A program made the position numbers and the translations under genes. Below, in pieces: positions 9,338 through 19,166 of a stretch of 64,000 nt of DNA. The notes below the pieces were generated by a model. It had not been told where the DNA came from. It searched no databases and saw only the letters and a program-made list of their open reading frames with translations. Source of the DNA: Nitrosopumilus sp. (GTDB lineage Archaea > Thermoproteota > Nitrososphaeria > Nitrososphaerales > Nitrosopumilaceae); the NCBI GenBank assembly GCA_965205215.1, contig OZ242041.1:544001-608000 (forward strand). The letters are read 5' to 3'. Every line of letters begins with the position of its first letter. The first letter of the stretch is position 1.

Positions 9338-12300
9338 CTATCTGTTACGCTGTAGGCTCCTGATCTGCCTGAACCTGCTCAGCGAGCCGAACAGGTTCAG
9401 ATAGTGCTCTATGCCAAACTTTGACATGGATCTGATCTCCTCAAAGTGAGGTTCCCGGCCGCGCTCCACTGTCATCGTGTCGTAGTCGGCCATGAGATCC
9501 TCCATGGATACGTTCTTGGCTATGTTCTGGACGCGGTGGATCAGGATGGCCACCGTATCCTCAAATTCCTCCAATGATCCGAAGCATTCCTTATAGTCCT
9601 CTACGCGATACCTGCCGTATCTGTGCAGCTCCTCTGTCGGTATGGGCTCGCCAGAACCTGGCCTACGATTCGTCTTGATATACAACTCAAAGTACTCATC
9701 GTACAGGTTGTCCTCCAGCGCACGTTCTCCGCGGATTGGAATGCCCTTGGCCTTGAGATATTCTCTATACCCCCCGTACAGGCGGTCTATGGACTCGCGA
9801 ACGTCAACTCGCGCAAGTTCCCAAAACTGCCTGCTTGTGGGCACGTGTGCGTACACCTCATCCTTGAGATACCTGAACTCTTCGTCGATCTCTTCTGCCG
9901 TGGGGACGCCGCCTTCCTCTTCGGGTTCAGCCTCCTGCGGCGCATCCTCTGCAGGTAACGGCGCGGTAGTCTTGCTTCTCACCGAGGGTTCCGGGACTTG
10001 TATGTCTCCTGCACCCCTGCACGCCTGGCATTTCTGCGGAATACCCTGACGATCCTTCGACATTAGGCTGGCCGTTAGCACCTTGGGATGCCCCACTATT
10101 CCAAATATGCGCTGGATTGACTCTATTCCCACCGCCTCCACGCCGCAGACAGCGCAGGTGTGCGACAGCGCATGTTCGTGATCCTCCGACGGGGCGGGTT
10201 CTACCTTTTCCTGTGTGATGTCCTGAACCGCCCCCGGGAATCCTGATCTCTCCCTCAGATACGTCCAGTGGTCGCTAAACGCCCTCCATCCGAGATTCGC
10301 AATGTCCAGACTCTTGCCGCTTTTGAGCTGAAAGTTGTCGTTGATGTCGACTAGCATCATGTTCTCGGTTCCGCCCGTCTTGGTGCCTCGCATTCCCCTT
10401 CCTATCATCTGCGTATACAACAGCGTGCTTCTCACGGGCCTGCCCACGAACACGCAGTCTACGTTGGGTGCGTCGAACCCCGCAGTCAGTATGTTAAAGT
10501 TGCACAGTACTTCGAGATCGCCTGACTTGAACCTCTCTATGGTGTTGACACGCGCGTCTATTCCAACGTTGGCATCCACATAGTCCGACCGTATGTTGTA
10601 TTTGGTCTTGAGCAGGACGGAAATCATCCTGGAGTGTGCCACGCTGCATCCAAAAAACAGTATCTTCTTCATGCCCATCCTCTTGAGGGCATCTATCTCC
10701 CCTACGATCATTGCGTTGCGGCTGCTGTCCTCCTCGACGGACTTTAGCGTCTTCTCGGAGAACTCTCCCCACATCTCCATATGCTTGACCTCGTCCATAT
10801 CCACGCTGAACCTACGGGACTTGAGCACCCTGTGGTATACGTTGCACAAGATGTTCCTCTTTGTGAGTTTCTCGTACAGCATCCTCTGTCGCGCCCTCGT
10901 CTCCACATCTTCGGCACCGGGCTTTTCGCGGACGTGCATGCGCGCAGTGGCCGTGTCATAATCCCCTTCGTTGTCGATTACCTTGAGGGTGATTTCGTAC
11001 TCGCCGGGTTTTTCGGGCCTGAACGCGATGTTCTTACTCCTCTCGAACGTCCACTCGTCCTTGCTCTTCTCCTCATCCCCATGTTGCCGCGACTCGTCCC
11101 ACCTGACTATGCGCCAAAAGTAGTCCTTGTCGTCTATGTAGCCGTCCCTGTCGTATGATCTCTCGCCAAGTATATTGACGTATTCGCCGGCGTGGGCGTA
11201 CGTCTGGCAGTCTACTAGCGCGTGAGGCCTGAAGTTTTCTATTTCCTTGGAATAGGGTATGTCCGGGAAGTACACCCCATTAAACCACCTCTTGAGCCTC
11301 TCCGTGTCGGAGCCGCCGCCGGTCCCGCGGAAAGGAGTGGCGGTCAGTCCGATCAGAATTATCCCCCTTTCCGATATCTCGGATTTTTTGTTGTCCCAGT
11401 TGAATCCCATCTCCCTGAGGACCTTGGAGTACGATGACGCCACTGCGTGGTGGGCCTCGTCCACTACTATGCACGATGTCAGCTCTGCGAGATCCGCCAA
11501 CTGTCCCGTGCCCAGCAGCTTGTGGAGGGATTGGATCGTAGCTACGATCACGCCTTTTTCGTCAAGCAGGTCGTCCATATCCATATCGGGCAGCTTGCCG
11601 TGGGTTCCCCAGAACCTGTGCATGTGCAGAGTGGTCCCATGCCTGCCGACGGATTGGAAGACGGCTTTGAACGTGCTGAACGCCTGCTCGCACAGCTCAC
11701 TTGACTGTGCTACCCATAAGACGAACTTGGAGTCACTCTGCTGCTCGCTGTCAGAAGGCTTGCCGTCGTTGAGCCATCCTATGACTGTCTCCGCGACCAT
11801 CCGGGTCTTTCCAGCCCCGGTAGGGATTGTTATCATCTTCCTCTTTACCTTTCTCTGGTTCTCGTCAGTCTCCTCACCCCCTAACATACGGCGTATGAGC
11901 CGCCCCGTCGTGTACTGGTAGTCGTACAGCGGGTTGAGCGGAGAATGAGGCACTATCACCTCGGTCCGCGCCGGCATGTCTGCGTGCTCTGCGTCGGCTA
12001 CCTGTGTGGGCAGGCCGAGCTCCATGGCCAGCCGCCGGGCCAGCCGCGCCGTCATGGTGAGGTTTGGCACATCCCGCACGTCCCTGATTATGTCCCTCTC
12101 GTTCTTTCTGGCCGTGGATTTAGCAGCTTGCACGATGTCCTTGCTGCGCACGTCACCGCTCCCGACCGCCGCATCCAGAATGAGCTCTAGAAATGTACGG
12201 CGCTTTTCGTTATCGTTGTCTACGTTCTTTAGAAAGTGAGGCCCCACTATATCATAGAGCATCTCGGCGAGCCTGTCGGGGTTTATTATGTTCCCACCTG

Positions 12301-12457
12301 ATACAATCATTCTTAGTATCTCTGGATTGACCTTTGAGATGGTCGTAGAGATTGCACCGGCGTCCCACCATTCCCTGAACTTTGCGACGCAGGCTTCTTT
12401 TGTCGGATCCTTGCCAGCATGCGTACGCCTTGGTATCTTGACCATCAGGTATTGCAC
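9338..12457 (-). CDS. SF2 DEAH helicase with PKD-like insert, Zn-binding motif and C-terminal homing-endonuclease-associated-like repeats
   Basis: PTGAGKT, VDEAHH, GLTATP, GFDAP and QMIGRGMR helicase motifs. PKD-like segment SYDRDG...PGEYEITLKVIDNEG. CAVC/CQAC. Confidence 0.85.
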   Translation of the reverse strand: MQYLMVKIPRRTHAGKDPTKEACVAKFREWWDAGAISTTISKVNPEILRMIVSGGNIINPDRLAEMLYDIVGPHFLKNVDNDNEKRRTFLELILDAAVGSGDVRSKDIVQAAKSTARKNERDIIRDVRDVPNLTMTARLARRLAMELGLPTQVADAEHADMPARTEVIVPHSPLNPLYDYQYTTGRLIRRMLGGEETDENQRKVKRKMITIPTGAGKTRMVAETVIGWLNDGKPSDSEQQSDSKFVLWVAQSSELCEQAFSTFKAVFQSVGRHGTTLHMHRFWGTHGKLPDMDMDDLLDEKGVIVATIQSLHKLLGTGQLADLAELTSCIVVDEAHHAVASSYSKVLREMGFNWDNKKSEISERGIILIGLTATPFRGTGGGSDTERLKRWFNGVYFPDIPYSKEIENFRPHALVDCQTYAHAGEYVNILGERSYDRDGYIDDKDYFWRIVRWDESRQHGDEEKSKDEWTFERSKNIAFRPEKPGEYEITLKVIDNEGDYDTATARMHVREKPGAEDVETRARQRMLYEKLTKRNILCNVYHRVLKSRRFSVDMDEVKHMEMWGEFSEKTLKSVEEDSSRNAMIVGEIDALKRMGMKKILFFGCSVAHSRMISVLLKTKYNIRSDYVDANVGIDARVNTIERFKSGDLEVLCNFNILTAGFDAPNVDCVFVGRPVRSTLLYTQMIGRGMRGTKTGGTENMMLVDINDNFQLKSGKSLDIANLGWRAFSDHWTYLRERSGFPGAVQDITQEKVEPAPSEDHEHALSHTCAVCGVEAVGIESIQRIFGIVGHPKVLTASLMSKDRQGIPQKCQACRGAGDIQVPEPSVRSKTTAPLPAEDAPQEAEPEEEGGVPTAEEIDEEFRYLKDEVYAHVPTSRQFWELARVDVRESIDRLYGGYREYLKAKGIPIRGERALEDNLYDEYFELYIKTNRRPGSGEPIPTEELHRYGRYRVEDYKECFGSLEEFEDTVAILIHRVQNIAKNVSMEDLMADYDTMTVERGREPHFEEIRSMSKFGIEHYLNLFGSLSRFRQIRSLQRNR

Positions 12458-12545
12458 CTTTTCACGTCACGCTTCGATCCGACGTCATGCTTGGGCGATC
12501 TGGCTCGTGCCGCCAGTTGTCCAGACGTTTTCGTCATTCCACATA

Positions 12546-14363
12546 TCATGCTAGCTCTGCCCACTCCCTAAAGTATCCGAACTCTTTGTCAAACAGGAGC
12601 CTCCTATCAAGCAGCCTGTTGACGTTCTCGCAGCTGGTCTCGGGCAGCAGCACGCATCCATAGCACGCCGAGGCGTTGATCCTGGTGTATAGGGGGGCGC
12701 TGGCTCGCGCCATGTCGCCGGGATCGTCCTCCGCACAGAGGGGGTCTCGGGAGCAGCGCGTGGACCCCCGCACGGATGCTCTTAGCAGGCTGGCAAAATT
12801 CTCCGTCTTTCCCTGCCTGACCAATCCGCCCAGACTGCCGTCAGCTGAAGGTGTCGCGGTGTACAGCAGTATACCGTTGTGCTGCCTGCCGGAGTATATC
12901 CTCTCGCGTATGGACGCCTCGCTGTATCCAGATACGGCCGCGACTCTCCTGATCAGTACGTGGGCAAGCGTGTGCAGCAGCGTGTATCTGGGCGGCCTCC
13001 GGGGATCATCCTGACTCATATCCGAGAAGAGTTCCCTGAATGCGTCACGCATCATTCCGCAGCGCGACCGGACGGCCGGTTCACCTTCCCACCTGCGCAG
13101 CCTCTCTTCGTTCAGCGTGAACAGGAATCCCTCCCCGCGGTTCTCGATTGCAGGGTACCAATTGGTATTTCTGCCCGATATGGGGCAGTATTTCACACTC
13201 TGGCCTTCCGAAAGATACGGATCTGCAGGGGCCTCCCGCGTAAAAGCCCGCATCACCCGTATCTCGGTCAGTCTCTTGACCTGCTTTAGCGTCTTGACAT
13301 ACTCTGCAAGCTCCCCGGCTACCGCCGCCTCTGCGATCTCCAGATACTCGTCCCCCTCAAATTCACTTAGCATCAGATCGTCATACTCGCGGTTGCGCAC
13401 TTGGGCCTCAGTAGAATCCTTGCTCAGATCGGGCCTGGGACTGAACCTCTTGATCAGGTGCTCCTCTATCTCGTCTATGGTGTGCGTTTCTCGCACTTTC
13501 TCTAACAGTTCGGACTTTTCTGCCACCATCCGGGCTGTGCCTATATCCAACTGTGATCTTATCGATTCCTTGTTCTCTGTAATGCATTTTTGCACGGGGT
13601 GCAGCCACTCCGGCACGTACAGGGCAGTGACAGTAACAGGATAGTACATGCTCGTGGATCTGATGTGTATGCCGTACACGGGCGTTGGATTGCCTTGGCC
13701 GTCGGAGCACTCTGCGGTGGCATTGTGCCCGATCCACGGCATGGCGCCGCTACATCCGGATATGATGCCCTCCAGTCCGCTGCGCGACGTAGCTCCGGCA
13801 CACGACCTTGACGCCTTGCAGTCCAGGCATGTCACAAAATAGTCGGCAAGCCCCGGGCTGTTCCCGCGCTGCCTGAACTGCAGGCGCGGATGCCTGCCGC
13901 ATACGCCCCCCGGGGTTCTACTATGGGCCCATTCATTCCACGGAAACTCCTCAAGATGCCCGTTTGAGCACACCGCAGCGAACTTTGCGGCGTATATCTC
14001 CCTGCCGCAGTCCCGACAGGAAAACAACCTCTTTCCGTTGGGAGGCGCCGCCTTGTGCTTTTGCAGCATGGCACACGCTGGGTTGGAGCAGACGCCCCAC
14101 AGGGGAAACGACCTGCAGGATAGCACCCTGTGCCTGTCCACCTGGCGCGGCATCCTGAAGTGGCTCTTTTCCAAGAGTTGCTCAAGGTATGGGTGGCCAA
14201 GCCTCTTGTAGTAATCCTCGGATTTGCTCCATGTGTCTATGCCCATTACCAGCACGGAGTCGTGCTCCATCTGCACGATGGCCCCCGGCCCAAACGTGGT
14301 TATAATCTGGCTTGCACGCAGCGCGCCAGGACTCTCTGAGTACGCCTTGAATTCTTCTTGCAT
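12546..14363 (-). CDS. drmB: DISARM DrmB-like DUF1998 protein
   Basis: RASQIITTFGPGA, C.NGHL.EFPW, GEG, LLHTLAH, GSLGGL, CSRDPLC and ACYGCVLLPETSCE. Start overlaps the drmA stop (TAATG). Confidence 0.88.
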   Translation of the reverse strand: MQEEFKAYSESPGALRASQIITTFGPGAIVQMEHDSVLVMGIDTWSKSEDYYKRLGHPYLEQLLEKSHFRMPRQVDRHRVLSCRSFPLWGVCSNPACAMLQKHKAAPPNGKRLFSCRDCGREIYAAKFAAVCSNGHLEEFPWNEWAHSRTPGGVCGRHPRLQFRQRGNSPGLADYFVTCLDCKASRSCAGATSRSGLEGIISGCSGAMPWIGHNATAECSDGQGNPTPVYGIHIRSTSMYYPVTVTALYVPEWLHPVQKCITENKESIRSQLDIGTARMVAEKSELLEKVRETHTIDEIEEHLIKRFSPRPDLSKDSTEAQVRNREYDDLMLSEFEGDEYLEIAEAAVAGELAEYVKTLKQVKRLTEIRVMRAFTREAPADPYLSEGQSVKYCPISGRNTNWYPAIENRGEGFLFTLNEERLRRWEGEPAVRSRCGMMRDAFRELFSDMSQDDPRRPPRYTLLHTLAHVLIRRVAAVSGYSEASIRERIYSGRQHNGILLYTATPSADGSLGGLVRQGKTENFASLLRASVRGSTRCSRDPLCAEDDPGDMARASAPLYTRINASACYGCVLLPETSCENVNRLLDRRLLFDKEFGYFREWAELA

Positions 14364-17300
14364 TATGTCTCGCCTCCAGGCGCGTCCTCTGCGTGTCGCG
14401 GCGAGTCGTCCAGATACCACATCTTTACGGCCTCCTCTGCATCTCTTAGTGAGTTTGGTGCGGACGCCAGCTCGCCCTCTCCCGTGTAGAACGTATTCCC
14501 GAGCAGATAGTACACGTCCTCTGGCCTCTTGGCCTTTTCGTGCTGGTTGCCGCGGTATTGTAGCCTGTCTATGCTCGAGGCCCACTCATGCCACCTGTCG
14601 GCGCACTGTTCGAGTTCTGCCAGTGTTGCGTCTCTCTCCTGCGCGTCAATGTTACCCACCCTGCCCGCCAGTTCTTGGCGTATCGCATCCAGTATTTTGG
14701 AGACATGTCGTACGTTCTTGTCGAACCTGCCCGCCGCGTCGTTCTTGGCCAGCCTGCTGTCGAACAGGCGCATAAGCGCCACCAATACCCCAAACAGCGC
14801 CCTGTCCCTAGCGCGCGGCGCAAAGGGCGTCAGGTTCACCGACTCTACGTTCATGTGCAGTGTGGAGTGGTAGTATCCGAAATTTTCATAATGGGAGAGA
14901 TCCCTGGGCTTGAGCGCATTTAGACTGGTCACTACCAGTCCGGGGGACTCCCTTCCTATCCTGCCCGTGGCCTGGATGTACTCCGAATGGTTCTTGGGTT
15001 GGCCGTTTACTACCATCACTCCGAGCCTCGATATGTCCACCCCGACTGACAGCATGTTGGTGCACAATAGTAGATCTTCTGGGCGTATTGAGCCACTGAG
15101 CGTCCTCTCCAGCCCCTTGAGTATGTCCGGGATCCTGCTGGCGTCGATCCTACTTGTCAGCTCCACCTTTTCCAAGGGCTGGTTTCTGTATCTGCCGCTC
15201 CCGTTCTTCTGATCCTCAAAGTTGCTGAACAGTCTCTGGATGTATCCGGGAACCGTGTCGTCATACATCTTGCTTGCAGCCCCCAGTTCTTTGAGCGTGT
15301 TAAAGTATGACACCAGCGTATAGTACTGGTCTATGTCTTCGTGCGAGAGACCGTTCTCCGGCATGCCCTCTTCCATGCGGCGCACGCACCTGAGTATGGC
15401 TGCGGAGATCCTACCCAGGACAGTCAACCGGCTTCTTGCCGCCATGCAGACCCCGACGTACACCTTGCCCGGATCCTCGTCCAACGGAACCTCTTCTGCG
15501 AAGAATGAATGTCCAAAGTCTATTCCCTGCGGCGGGAATATGTTGCTCGCATTTCGGTTGAAGAGGCTTCGAATCTGTTCGCCAGCCCTCCTAGTGGTGG
15601 CGGTAGATGCAATAATCTTTGGACGGGCGCCGTCATGGCCCGTACACAGAATGTCTATGGCCGTCTCGTAGAGGCCCGTGAGCGTCCCGAGAGGCCCCGA
15701 TATAAGATGCAACTCATCCTGTATAATCAGCTCCGGCGGCTCCAGCCTGGGAGGCCCGAACTCGGAGAACAAGAACGACTCGTGGTTAGTGTGCGTGTTG
15801 CAGTCGTCTGACAGCTCGTCCATTACGAATCCGTGCTTTTGGCAGTACTTGTTCACCCTGCCGAATATGGCCCCCGTCTCCCACTTCCATGTGATCTGTG
15901 CAAACTTGTCAACCGTCCCTATCACCAGTGAAGGACACCTACTGTAGATGTCCTCATCCACTACCAGCACCGGAAGGTTGGTCTCGCCGTCCCCCCCTTT
16001 GGAAAACGCGCAGGATTTGTTGGGGCAGTACACCCTGCACTGTCTCGGTGTCCCGGACACCTCGTAGCAGTACTCGTTTACTGCGCTGCCGCACCACGGG
16101 CACGACACCAGTTGCAGCGGACTGCGCTCCCGCGGCACGCTCCCGCGTCTGGCGCCCTTGATTGCCTCTACGGCGCCGTATTCGCCGTCCAGAGAGTTGG
16201 GGGTGGTGCCGCTCCCCACCCAGAGTCCCACCAAGAACGGTTCGTCTCCCCACGTTTTCGGGTCCTTCCGGCGTATGTACTCGCATCCGCACATAAGCGT
16301 GGCGGCCCTGTGGAACTGCTGCAGTGTAAGCAGCCGCAGCGTATACCGCATCATGACGGCCGTTCCATACCGCATGTGTTCCGTGTCGTGCCTCAACCGC
16401 CTGTGCGCCGTCGTAAACGCGATGATTCCCAGATACGCCTCGGTCTTGCCGCCGCCCGTGGCAAACCACAGCAGATCTACCGTGGAACGATCCGTCGAGC
16501 GTGGGTTTGTGATCGACTCCACGTTTATCAGGAAAAACGCCAGCTGGAACGGCCGCCACCTCCCGGAATACTCTCTGGGCTTTGGCCCGTCCACCTTTTT
16601 TCTCTTCGCGTTATTTTGGGCCCATTTTCCATACGACATCTGGAGCCACATGGCCCTGTTGGCAAAGGAGAATGCGTCTGCGGCGCGCTTGTCCGTGGAT
16701 ATGATATCGATCCCTTTTCGCATGCGGGCTAGGGATGCCCTGCACTCCCCGATCTGAGACGCTGCCGCCTCTTGGAATTCTCCTGCAAGCGTTTCGATCT
16801 TGGCCTCCAGCTCTTGAGATATCCACCGCTCGTATTCGTCTGCTATCGGAGTAAGCAGATCGCGATATTTTGACCTGTCTGTTACCTCAAACAATACCTT
16901 CATGTCCAGTCCTTTCATGACCATCTCGCGCGGGCGAATCTTGGGGACGGCATGCACCGGGACGAACGCCGTTCTCAGCTCCGAGACCCTGTCACCCGCA
17001 CCGTCGCCATCCCATTCCACCGCGCAGCCGTGCCCTATCGCAAAGTTGCCGTTTTTGCGGAACAGCAGGCCGAACAGCGCCGAATCGTGCCTGCCGTACC
17101 CGTCCCTGTCTTCTGTGTATGGTTCCCCCTGAACCCTACTGTCAACGAATATCCGATCCCCTCCGGGCGCGGACAGGGTGAGCCTCGGCTGAAACATGCA
17201 TCGCTTGAACTCATTTTTACTGTCGCCGTCCCATACGTTGTTGTTCACCACGAACACGCTCAGCGAAAGGCCGCGCTCATGATCCTTTGTATGGTATTTG

Positions 17301-17863
17301 AGCGTAAACTTTGTGTCAGTTTCCAACGGAATGCTTGGTTTTGGCGTGGGATCGCCTAGTCGTATCTCGTGCGTCTCGGAGTGCTGCGTGCGCCTGTAAA
17401 TGTACGACTTTTCGCCTACTGGCTCTCCTGTCTTGGCTCTTCCTTCCTTGGGCTCTTCCTTGACATCTTGCCCCACAAGCGTCTCGCCGGCCGGCCCGCT
17501 CCCTTTGGCAACCTTGGGCCTCAGGTCATACGTCCCGTATTCTATGTGGGCTAGTATGCTGTTCGTGCCCCGCGGCACCGTGCACGTTATTCCGAATGAC
17601 GACTGCTTCATGTTCGTCACGCGGTTGGCGCCCCCCTCCTGCGAATCACCATTGTCGTCTTCCACCTCTATCTGTTCCCGTTCGTCCTCTTCGGGATCTG
17701 CGCCACTCATTCTGGGAAATAATATTCCCGACAGGTATGACTGGGTTGGATTCTCTCTTCTGGGCAAAACCTCCTCGGGTCCGCCCCTGGGTCCCACCAT
17801 GTCGCTCTTAATCCATTCAATCAGGCTGTTCCGCACATGTTCCCTTTTTGAACTATCGGTCAC
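14363..17863 (-). CDS. drmA: DISARM DrmA-like helicase
   Basis: WRPFQLAF, LLWFATGGGKTEAY, RYTLRLLTLQQ, GTVDKFA, QDELHLISGPLG, SVGVDISRLG and EYIQATGRIGR. Confidence 0.9.
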   Translation of the reverse strand: MTDSSKREHVRNSLIEWIKSDMVGPRGGPEEVLPRRENPTQSYLSGILFPRMSGADPEEDEREQIEVEDDNGDSQEGGANRVTNMKQSSFGITCTVPRGTNSILAHIEYGTYDLRPKVAKGSGPAGETLVGQDVKEEPKEGRAKTGEPVGEKSYIYRRTQHSETHEIRLGDPTPKPSIPLETDTKFTLKYHTKDHERGLSLSVFVVNNNVWDGDSKNEFKRCMFQPRLTLSAPGGDRIFVDSRVQGEPYTEDRDGYGRHDSALFGLLFRKNGNFAIGHGCAVEWDGDGAGDRVSELRTAFVPVHAVPKIRPREMVMKGLDMKVLFEVTDRSKYRDLLTPIADEYERWISQELEAKIETLAGEFQEAAASQIGECRASLARMRKGIDIISTDKRAADAFSFANRAMWLQMSYGKWAQNNAKRKKVDGPKPREYSGRWRPFQLAFFLINVESITNPRSTDRSTVDLLWFATGGGKTEAYLGIIAFTTAHRRLRHDTEHMRYGTAVMMRYTLRLLTLQQFHRAATLMCGCEYIRRKDPKTWGDEPFLVGLWVGSGTTPNSLDGEYGAVEAIKGARRGSVPRERSPLQLVSCPWCGSAVNEYCYEVSGTPRQCRVYCPNKSCAFSKGGDGETNLPVLVVDEDIYSRCPSLVIGTVDKFAQITWKWETGAIFGRVNKYCQKHGFVMDELSDDCNTHTNHESFLFSEFGPPRLEPPELIIQDELHLISGPLGTLTGLYETAIDILCTGHDGARPKIIASTATTRRAGEQIRSLFNRNASNIFPPQGIDFGHSFFAEEVPLDEDPGKVYVGVCMAARSRLTVLGRISAAILRCVRRMEEGMPENGLSHEDIDQYYTLVSYFNTLKELGAASKMYDDTVPGYIQRLFSNFEDQKNGSGRYRNQPLEKVELTSRIDASRIPDILKGLERTLSGSIRPEDLLLCTNMLSVGVDISRLGVMVVNGQPKNHSEYIQATGRIGRESPGLVVTSLNALKPRDLSHYENFGYYHSTLHMNVESVNLTPFAPRARDRALFGVLVALMRLFDSRLAKNDAAGRFDKNVRHVSKILDAIRQELAGRVGNIDAQERDATLAELEQCADRWHEWASSIDRLQYRGNQHEKAKRPEDVYYLLGNTFYTGEGELASAPNSLRDAEEAVKMWYLDDSPRHAEDAPGGET

Positions 17864-17975
17864 CGTACTCGGTTGGGCTTTATGTTTAAAAACTTTCCAA
17901 GCGGTTATGTTGCAAAAATGTAACAGATGCTGATTTTATTCTGGGTCTTGCTGTGGCTGTACATTTATCAGCGAC

Positions 17976-19166
17976 GTGCCGTTCGCACGATTTATCAGGA
18001 AGGTGGCCAAGGCGGCAGTAGTGACACAAGAAATGCCTGATAGTGACAGTGTGATCGCGATCGACGAGGACGAGCTTGCCGTAAGAAATCTCCGCCTCTC
18101 GGATCCTGACGTCGTGGGATATTTCAGGGATCAGAGGCCGGCGCTGAGGCAAGAAAGATTCGTGACGGCTGTCAGGACGGGCGTCATAGCTCTAAAGAGC
18201 ACTGACGTGTCGGAGAGGGTCGATTATGTGGAAAAGAAATTCCAAGAGATGGGCCGGAGATTTGACAACTCATTGAGCGACGCGTTGGACAAGATGGACG
18301 AGTACCTTGGGGACGAGGGGACGATGCGCGACATAGCCAAGGAGTATCTTGGGAAGGACGGTACACTGATCAGGGACGTCCTTAATCCAGAGGCCGAGGC
18401 CAGTCCCCTCTACAGCCTGAGACGAGCCATGACAGATGAGGTCGACCGTCTCAGGACTGATCTCGGGCTCAAAAAAGAAAGGGCGGAGGTTGCGAGTGCG
18501 ACTACACTCAAGGGACGGGTCTTTGAAGGGTACTGCGAGGAGATCCTTGAAGGTTACGCCATGGGGTACGGGGACATAGTGGAGAACACCGCCGACGTAC
18601 TGGGTTCACTGAGGGGCAAGAAGGGCGATCTGGTCGTGACGCTGAACGGATCAGACGACAGAATCGCCTTTGAGTTAAAGGACGTGGATCGCATATCCGG
18701 TCCTGAAATACGGAAAACCTTGGACGAGTCCATTAAGAACAGGGACGCGTCGTATGGAGTGCTGGTTGCAAAGTACGTCGAATCTCTTCCGGGCGATGTC
18801 TGGTTCCAGGAGATGGACAGCAACAAGCTTGTAGTCGCGCTGGGCTCAAGGGAGGGGGATAAGGAGGCTGACGCCGTTCCTCACAAGGGCCCGCTGATAG
18901 TTGCGTACCACTGGGCCAAGACCAGAGTCGTGACGGACAAACTTGCGAAAAGGGGAATAGACACTGGAGCCATAGCAGAGAAGACCGTGCTGATAAGATC
19001 CAAGATCAAGGAGATGGCGCGCATAAAATCAGAATGCACTAACATTCGGAAATCTGCGGACAATATAGAAAATCGGGTCAAAGAACTGGAGTCCGGCATA
19101 AAGGACGCGCTTGATGGCGTCACATCGTCTCTGGATTCGGTTGATACACAACAGACTGTGGCGTAA
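17976..19166 (+). CDS. Coiled-coil protein with PD-(D/E)xK-like nuclease motif (RmuC/DUF2130-like)
   Basis: KGRVFE...KGDLVV...FELKD flanked by coiled coils. Divergent from drmA. Start may be ~18033. Confidence 0.6.
   Translation: MPFARFIRKVAKAAVVTQEMPDSDSVIAIDEDELAVRNLRLSDPDVVGYFRDQRPALRQERFVTAVRTGVIALKSTDVSERVDYVEKKFQEMGRRFDNSLSDALDKMDEYLGDEGTMRDIAKEYLGKDGTLIRDVLNPEAEASPLYSLRRAMTDEVDRLRTDLGLKKERAEVASATTLKGRVFEGYCEEILEGYAMGYGDIVENTADVLGSLRGKKGDLVVTLNGSDDRIAFELKDVDRISGPEIRKTLDESIKNRDASYGVLVAKYVESLPGDVWFQEMDSNKLVVALGSREGDKEADAVPHKGPLIVAYHWAKTRVVTDKLAKRGIDTGAIAEKTVLIRSKIKEMARIKSECTNIRKSADNIENRVKELESGIKDALDGVTSSLDSVDTQQTVA

Noticed and set aside
14364-14585. N-terminal extension of drmB in the ORF track (likewise 2908-3495, 4239, 43851-44621, 45442-47013, 63073-63543)
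   Set aside because: The extensions overlap upstream genes or promoters. Internal starts give stop/start coupling or family-typical N-termini.
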